DNA of 20,133 bases from IMG/VR virus record IMGVR_UViG_2778261637_000004; one strand, 5' to 3'. The notes under the pieces are model-generated. The model did no database searches and was not told the DNA's origin. It was given only the letters and a program-made list of their open reading frames with translations. Origin of the DNA: a virus (taxonomy: Duplodnaviria; Heunggongvirae; Uroviricota; Caudoviricetes). Each line of letters starts with the position of its first letter. The first letter of the stretch is position 1. Made by a program: the position numbers and the translations under genes. Positions 15,358 through 20,133 of the stretch are shown here, piece by piece.

Positions 15358-15663
15358 ATGGCTACAGGTTCAAAAAACGCAAAATCACAATCGCTGACAG
15401 CTCGGATCCCGCATGATGTTATTGAAGGCATGGAATCCGTAAAACTGGACGGCGAAAGCAACGCCGGATTCATAGTAACCGCCATGCGTGGTGAGATCGC
15501 CCGCCGCCAGGCAGAAGGAAGCGGAGAAAATCCCCTCGTGTCTTCACTGGATGCCTTAGTTAAGGTCGAACAAATCGGCATCAAGGCAGCGGAGGAAATC
15601 GGGCAACTCGTAGCCGTCGCTCGTGAAGAACTCCAGCGCCGGGAGGCCAAAGAGCAGGAATAG
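15358..15663 (+). CDS. Small DNA-binding protein, ribbon-helix-helix-like (MobC/CopG-like); candidate island regulator
   Basis: ATG preceded by AAGAGGA. SLTARIPHDVIEGMESVKLDGESNAGFIVTAMRGEIARR is consistent with an RHH N-terminus followed by a helical C-terminal region. Confidence 0.6.
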   Translation: MATGSKNAKSQSLTARIPHDVIEGMESVKLDGESNAGFIVTAMRGEIARRQAEGSGENPLVSSLDALVKVEQIGIKAAEEIGQLVAVAREELQRREAKEQE

Positions 15664-15720
15664 CCACTATCAGCGCCATAGTTTGAGGAACGCAGGCGCA
15701 TTGCTTTACAGGGCAGCACC

Positions 15721-15900
15721 ATGAGCGACACAGAATCAACAAAAACACCATCACCAACTCGTAAGAGACGACGCAAAAATATAGCGCATGAACATGAATC
15801 AGAAAGATTCGCACCTTGTTCGTTTGCTCTTGAGAAATTCCTTAAAGAGCACAGGAAAAAGCTCTCGTTGCAAACCCTGGAACGAACCAAATCTGACTGA
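15721..15900 (+). CDS. Small basic protein (59 aa), not in the ORF track
   Basis: Hand translation gives MSDTESTKTPSPTRKRRRKNIAHEHESERFAPCSFALEKFLKEHRKKLSLQTLERTKSD. Followed by a plus-strand terminator; the ribosome-binding site is weak. Confidence 0.35.
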   Translation: MSDTESTKTPSPTRKRRRKNIAHEHESERFAPCSFALEKFLKEHRKKLSLQTLERTKSD

Positions 15901-15967
15901 TCACATTGCCCACCAGCTGCAAATCTGGCATTGTTGGCGATGCGTTTGATTTCCTTTGTTCCCACTG

Positions 15968-15995
15968 GCGACCTCTCCCGGTCGCCTTTGTTTTG
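15968..15995 (+). terminator. Rho-independent terminator for the rightward small operon
   Basis: GGCGACC-TCTCCC-GGTCGCC hairpin followed by TTTGTTTT. Confidence 0.6.
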
Positions 15996-16044
15996 CCAGT
16001 TATCCAGCAACGGGGCGCTTTTTCTTTCTGTAACGTTCGGATCG

Positions 16045-16602
16045 TTACACATTGTTTTCACCCTCCAGAAAATCAGGCTGATATTTACGCCATAGCGCCC
16101 GCTCTTCTCGTTCCAGTGCATCTTTTGCCTCTTTGCATTGCTGTAACCTGTAACCGCGTTTGCTGGCTTCCTGTTGATAGGCAGCCTGGCGTTTACTGAA
16201 ATCATTCAGCATGGCAAACGGAACACCATAACCCCCCGTTTTGCGGATTGAAGGGATAACCTCGCGGAATACCCAGTTACTGAAACGGTGCGCAAATGTG
16301 CCTGGTGTGGAAGCTTTACGGCTGCGGGCGATCAGTTTGTAGAAACCTGATTCAGAGACAACATTCCAGCTTCTGGCACCACCACGCTTACCGGAATGCC
16401 CCTCGGTTAAAGCTAGGGTCATTACCTCGTCGTTATCCAGAACTGAAACGGCATCAGTAACATTGCTGATTTCCAGCGCAGCACACACATCAGCGCCAAC
16501 AAACCACGGCTCGCCGTTGATACTCACTATGCGCACCTGAATGTCATCGAATTTAATGACAGAGATTTCAGTGCGCCCGGCATAAAAGACAGGTTTACGC
16601 AT
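16045..16602 (-). CDS. Bro-N domain protein (phage anti-repressor family)
   Basis: 185 aa. IQVRIVSINGEPWFVGADVCAALEISNVTDAV is a typical Bro-N core. 8-nt overlap with the upstream gene. Confidence 0.8.
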   Translation of the reverse strand: MRKPVFYAGRTEISVIKFDDIQVRIVSINGEPWFVGADVCAALEISNVTDAVSVLDNDEVMTLALTEGHSGKRGGARSWNVVSESGFYKLIARSRKASTPGTFAHRFSNWVFREVIPSIRKTGGYGVPFAMLNDFSKRQAAYQQEASKRGYRLQQCKEAKDALEREERALWRKYQPDFLEGENNV

Positions 16603-17419
16603 GGCTGCTCACCTCCATGTGGCGGGCTAACCAGCGTTGCGAAAGGCGAATTAATTCAGCTTTCCGCTGGTGGTAGTCCAGGCCTAACTCAATCAGCGTG
16701 ATATTGCTCTGCTCAAGGTAAGAAAGGTGCTCAAGCTGCAACACGCTCATGTGGTCGCGTGGTTCACCTGTGATGCCGTTCGCCTGCGCCCACTGTTTTG
16801 CAGTCATGCCACCCAGCACGATACGCGCCAGCATATTAGCTTCCGTAGTGTAGTGGTGCTGGAGCGTGTTTTTACCCAGTTCAGCCCGGTACGCCTCCAG
16901 CGCGGCACACATTGGCTTAAAGTAGCTGGCTACGGTGATACGGGCTTTCAGTTCCCGGCGTAACGCTGCGGAACGTACAGGCGCTACCTTGTGTAGCTCC
17001 TCCTCGCATTTGATGAAGTACTGACGAACGGCGCGGCCCTGTTCGGTGCGTTCGATCATTGCCAGTTCTTTCGCCATTCCGACACTTAACAGATAGTCTT
17101 TACCGGGTCTGCCAGAGTGCTTAATCTTGCTGTAAGCCTCGCCATTCGGGCTTTTCCCCAAATTTGGGGAAATTGTTTTATGGACTGAGTAATCGTACCC
17201 AATGGTGAAGTCATATTCAGAGATGCGATCAGTGATCCATGTAGAGAAGTCTTTTCCCACGCCCAACGCTTTGTGTAACGCTTTTGCGCTAACAACAGCG
17301 GCTTCACGCCCGCCAATAACGCCGGAAATAACCGGGATAATTTCGCCGAAATTTTGCAGATTCTGGTTTTCAGGCCGAACAAAGCCCTGCCCCTGTACGG
17401 GCGTTTTTCGCAGTTTCAT
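16595..17419 (-). CDS. Phage anti-repressor, AntA/KilA-N-like N-terminus with KilAC/ORF6C-like C-terminus
   Basis: 274 aa; the domain pattern (AKALHKALGVGKDFSTWITDRI...; ...EANMLARIVLGGMTAKQWAQANGI...) is recognised by eye only. Confidence 0.7.
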   Translation of the reverse strand: MKLRKTPVQGQGFVRPENQNLQNFGEIIPVISGVIGGREAAVVSAKALHKALGVGKDFSTWITDRISEYDFTIGYDYSVHKTISPNLGKSPNGEAYSKIKHSGRPGKDYLLSVGMAKELAMIERTEQGRAVRQYFIKCEEELHKVAPVRSAALRRELKARITVASYFKPMCAALEAYRAELGKNTLQHHYTTEANMLARIVLGGMTAKQWAQANGITGEPRDHMSVLQLEHLSYLEQSNITLIELGLDYHQRKAELIRLSQRWLARHMEVSSHA

Positions 17420-17496
17420 AAAAACTCCGCTATCGAATTAAGTTACTTTTTATTTGCTGGTGGATAGCTGGAGGCAAAAGCCCCATTGCTATTTAA

Positions 17497-17703
17497 TCAG
17501 GCTGATGTGTTTCGGCGTTCTTCCAGCCAGCGATTAATCTCTACCGCATCAAACGCGGTAACATTACTGGTAAGTTTTATAGGCCGTGGTAACGTGCCAT
17601 TTTTCACCCAGCGATCGATTGTTGGCATAGAGACTCCCAGCAGTTCTGGCAAACGGTATCGGCGAATGTAGCCAGTAGTAGGAATGGTAGATTGTTCTGT
17701 CAT
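17497..17703 (-). CDS. alpA: AlpA-family transcriptional regulator / excisionase-like protein
   Basis: 68 aa with a winged-HTH core (YIRRYRLPELLGVSMPTIDRWVKNGTLPRPIKL); the usual integrase partner in P4-type and CP4-57-type islands. Confidence 0.8.
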   Translation of the reverse strand: MTEQSTIPTTGYIRRYRLPELLGVSMPTIDRWVKNGTLPRPIKLTSNVTAFDAVEINRWLEERRNTSA

Positions 17704-17814
17704 GTTCCCATAGCTCCTGTTGATAGCGGTTGACGTTACGGGAACAAATTTAGCGATTTGATAGGTGATGGATAAGGCACACTAGTTCTACTGTGCCTGT
17801 ATAGTTAAGTCACT

Positions 17815-18771
17815 CTACACCTTTCCGTTAGCTGCGGATCTTAAGTGTTTTAGGATTACGTTTTCGTTAGTAATGGTTAGCGGTGGTATCTCATCTTTGT
17901 GAGTGAGAATACAATCACGCCACTTTTCAGGGCTTATTTCTTTGCGTTCACCCCGGCACTCATCAGGGTATTTTGATAGTAAGTATATTGCAGATTTAAA
18001 TAGCTTTTCTCTATTCGTTGCGTGATGTTCTGCAATGTGATTAACCTTTTTTATTTCCTGCATTAACTGAGGATTGGCGGAAACCCCTCGTCGAGTGTTA
18101 TTTGGGAGGTCACTGTAATCACCATTGTATTTTAGTAATTCTCTTACTTGGTCTGAGGTTATCCATAAATCATTTTCCGTTATTTCGACGTCAGAATATA
18201 CTTCTTCATAATTTTCGTCATCTTCTTTGCTATCGTAAATATCATCATAATCTAGCAATAAAGGAATTAAACAAAGAGCGGGTGTGGTCTCATCAGTACG
18301 ATAAAGATCCAAAGACCCCCATAAAAGAGAAGATTTCCCATAATTCAATACTGAATTTATTACTGGCAGTTGGGGAACCCACAAGCCAAAGGCTCTTCCT
18401 TGATGGCTTTGTGATTTTTCGCTAGAAGAACTTCCCTCAGCTAGTTGAGACTGATAGAACCATGGATGGAAAATTGTGTCATCATTTTCTTGATCGTAAG
18501 AAACTCGATCAATAGCGAATGATGTATATTTTGATATATTGCGAGCAGATGCTAGAACGCTATTGTTAGTACTTAAAGATAAATACCAATCGCTAAGCTC
18601 AGTTGCATTACCTTCAATCCATAGGACTGATTTTAATCCATCTAACCTAACGCATAGAGTTATTTTCTCAGATACAGCGAGGCTTAGTAAATCATCAGTA
18701 CTAACACCTAAAAAATCAGCAGCCCTTTTTATACGGCAAAATGAAAATGGTATTTTTGTAGTGTCAGACAT
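17815..18771 (-). CDS. Hypothetical protein (318 aa) with an N-terminal HTH-like segment; AT-rich int-proximal accessory gene
   Basis: ORF of 957 bp at about 35-40% GC. The N-terminus (RIKRAADFLGVSTDDLLSLAVSEKI) is HTH-like. Length and position resemble yfjH of CP4-57, but sequence identity is not verified. Confidence 0.7.
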   Translation of the reverse strand: MSDTTKIPFSFCRIKRAADFLGVSTDDLLSLAVSEKITLCVRLDGLKSVLWIEGNATELSDWYLSLSTNNSVLASARNISKYTSFAIDRVSYDQENDDTIFHPWFYQSQLAEGSSSSEKSQSHQGRAFGLWVPQLPVINSVLNYGKSSLLWGSLDLYRTDETTPALCLIPLLLDYDDIYDSKEDDENYEEVYSDVEITENDLWITSDQVRELLKYNGDYSDLPNNTRRGVSANPQLMQEIKKVNHIAEHHATNREKLFKSAIYLLSKYPDECRGERKEISPEKWRDCILTHKDEIPPLTITNENVILKHLRSAANGKV

Positions 18772-18864
18772 ATGCCACCTTTAAGCATTTCACCTTAAAA
18801 AATGAATGAGTCCAGCGGTAAGGTTTTCCGCTCTTCACCCCGTCGGGCTAGGCTCAATCTGTCC

Positions 18865-20133
18865 CTATGATAGCTTATGCATTTTCCTGATTGGCGTCAC
18901 GTTGTATTCTTCATTGCGTTCTAGCGCTACCAGCAGATCAGCCCACTGTGCCAGCGCAGCTTTACGCTCATCAAAATACTGATGGCGGTTATAAATCCCC
19001 TCCACACCCTTAATGCGATGATTGAGGCATCGTTCCGCTACGACAGGATCAACACCCAATGCTGCTAAATGAGTACGTGCGGTACGCCGGAAGTCGTGAA
19101 TCGTGAAATTAGGCACATCCGGCATTTCGGCGCGAACCTTAGCCAGTGCTACGGGTAAAGTGCTTTCCTGAATATGTGGGATCATTCTGTTTTGCATCTT
19201 CCTGGCTGGAAGCACCCATGCGCTATTACATGAAAAGGTGTGTAGCTCTCTCAACCATTCAACGGCAGGAGAAGGTAGAGGTATATCAATAGGGTCTCCG
19301 TTTTTGCTGCGTTCTTCCGGCAAATGCCATACCGCACCATCTAAATCAAACTCTTCCCATCGTGCGGCGCATAACTCCATCTTACGAACGCATAGTGCCA
19401 GCAATAGCTTAAATGTCAGTTCGTTCTGGCGGCTGAATCCTTTGGCTTTACGCATTGCCTGAAAAAATTGGATTAATTCGTCACGGTTCAGCCAGCGATC
19501 ACGAGATAATTCTTTCCCACCAGCATCTGATACTTCGAAAGCTGAGCAGGGATTTATCTCCAGAGCGTGGCGTTTTATCCCATAGTCAAAGATACGGCGT
19601 GTCCAGCGTAATACATCTGTTGCTATCGTTGGTGCTCCTCGGTCAACGATACCTTTCAACATGTCGTCAATGTGGCGTGGCTTAACGTCCTCTACCTTCA
19701 TATGCCCAATGCAGGGGTTAATATCCTTATCAATTCTCCGGCGAAGGATATCGGGATGTTTCCATCTCGGAAGTATCTGTCGCTCGAAGTATTCGGCGGC
19801 CAGATCTGAAACGCGCATGGCGTTTTTCTCAGCCTCCATTTTTGCCAGTGCTTCAGCTTTTCGTTCCTGTTTTTCTGCTGCTACGTCATAGCCAAGAGCA
19901 ACTCTGGCTGACAGCTCTTTTGCTGTTTCTCTGGCTTTTGATAGTGACAGTTCGGAGTAAGAGCCGATAACCATAGCCCGCTGTTTTCCTGCGAGCTTAT
20001 ATCGGAATCGCCAGAACGGGACTGTGTAGTTTTTGGGGTAGCAAATATAAAGGCCGTTGCCGTCTGCCTTGCCATCAAATCTGTCTCCCGCCTTTATCCA
20101 TGCGCGGATCTGCATATCTGTGAGTTTTGGCAT
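18865..20133 (-). CDS. Tyrosine recombinase, P4-type integrase with an N-terminal arm-binding (DUF4102-like) domain
   Basis: 422 aa. The N-terminus (LTDMQIRAWIK...DGNGLYICY...WRFRY) matches the P4-integrase arm domain. The C-terminus has HDFRRTARTHLAALG and a GIYNRHQY tyrosine region. The start codon is the final three bases of the window. Confidence 0.9.
   Translation of the reverse strand: MPKLTDMQIRAWIKAGDRFDGKADGNGLYICYPKNYTVPFWRFRYKLAGKQRAMVIGSYSELSLSKARETAKELSARVALGYDVAAEKQERKAEALAKMEAEKNAMRVSDLAAEYFERQILPRWKHPDILRRRIDKDINPCIGHMKVEDVKPRHIDDMLKGIVDRGAPTIATDVLRWTRRIFDYGIKRHALEINPCSAFEVSDAGGKELSRDRWLNRDELIQFFQAMRKAKGFSRQNELTFKLLLALCVRKMELCAARWEEFDLDGAVWHLPEERSKNGDPIDIPLPSPAVEWLRELHTFSCNSAWVLPARKMQNRMIPHIQESTLPVALAKVRAEMPDVPNFTIHDFRRTARTHLAALGVDPVVAERCLNHRIKGVEGIYNRHQYFDERKAALAQWADLLVALERNEEYNVTPIRKMHKLS

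Larger units (their letters stand above)
1150..20133. mobile_element. Integrative island of the P4-integrase / PICI-like satellite type (int, alpA, anti-repressors, primase-ssb replicon, cargo operon); boundaries unresolved
   Basis: Gene content and order; a compositional mosaic; the integrase at the window edge. The left boundary (somewhere in 900-1500) and the int-proximal att site are not identifiable inside the window. Confidence 0.55.

Noticed and set aside
14958-16205. 415-aa minus-strand ORF from the track
   Set aside because: It overlaps a plus-strand gene that has a strong Shine-Dalgarno and a recognisable fold pattern. Its composition is Ser/Cys/Arg-rich with no domain. Only the 3-prime-terminal 67 codons have a start codon with a ribosome-binding site.

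Overview
The window reads as an integrase-bounded mobile island, apparently in an Escherichia-like enterobacterial chromosome, lying next to a LexA-regulated dinD gene (1-837, minus strand). I worked from the sequence and ORF track only; no database search was run, so all family calls rest on recognised motifs and recalled sequences. Nearly all genes are on the minus strand, running from the P4-type tyrosine integrase at the right edge (18865-20133, start codon at the last base of the window). Right to left the modules are: (1) int, an AT-rich 318-aa HTH protein, and an AlpA-family regulator; (2) two anti-repressor-like genes (AntA/KilAC-type and Bro-N); (3) a divergent regulatory region with nested palindromes (15258-15336) and a small plus-strand RHH-like gene; (4) a replication operon of small coupled genes, a 708-aa primase/helicase, SSB and a FinO/ProQ-domain protein, closed by a strong terminator at 10448-10472; (5) an independent ~8 kb cargo operon (2389-10346); (6) a gene-poor 1.5 kb region (838-2388). 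The most interesting part is the cargo operon: a small RHH-like protein, three translationally coupled large proteins (843, 674, 925 aa) and a small AT-rich membrane protein. None of the three large proteins shows a canonical NTPase motif and I cannot place any of them in a named family. The 674-aa protein carries an AT-rich insert with an HExxH(x4)H zincin-like motif, and the 843-aa protein has a conserved-looking GIRNNNPGNL block. I treat this operon as the candidate undescribed system: a satellite-borne defence/effector module or a virion-associated ejection-like module. A second notable feature is two clusters of GCGGGTTAY/ATAACCCGC iterons (1534-1688 and 12133-12255) in mutually inverted orientation, resembling a bipartite ori/crr-type replicon. 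The int-proximal att site lies beyond the window and the left boundary of the island is not defined.
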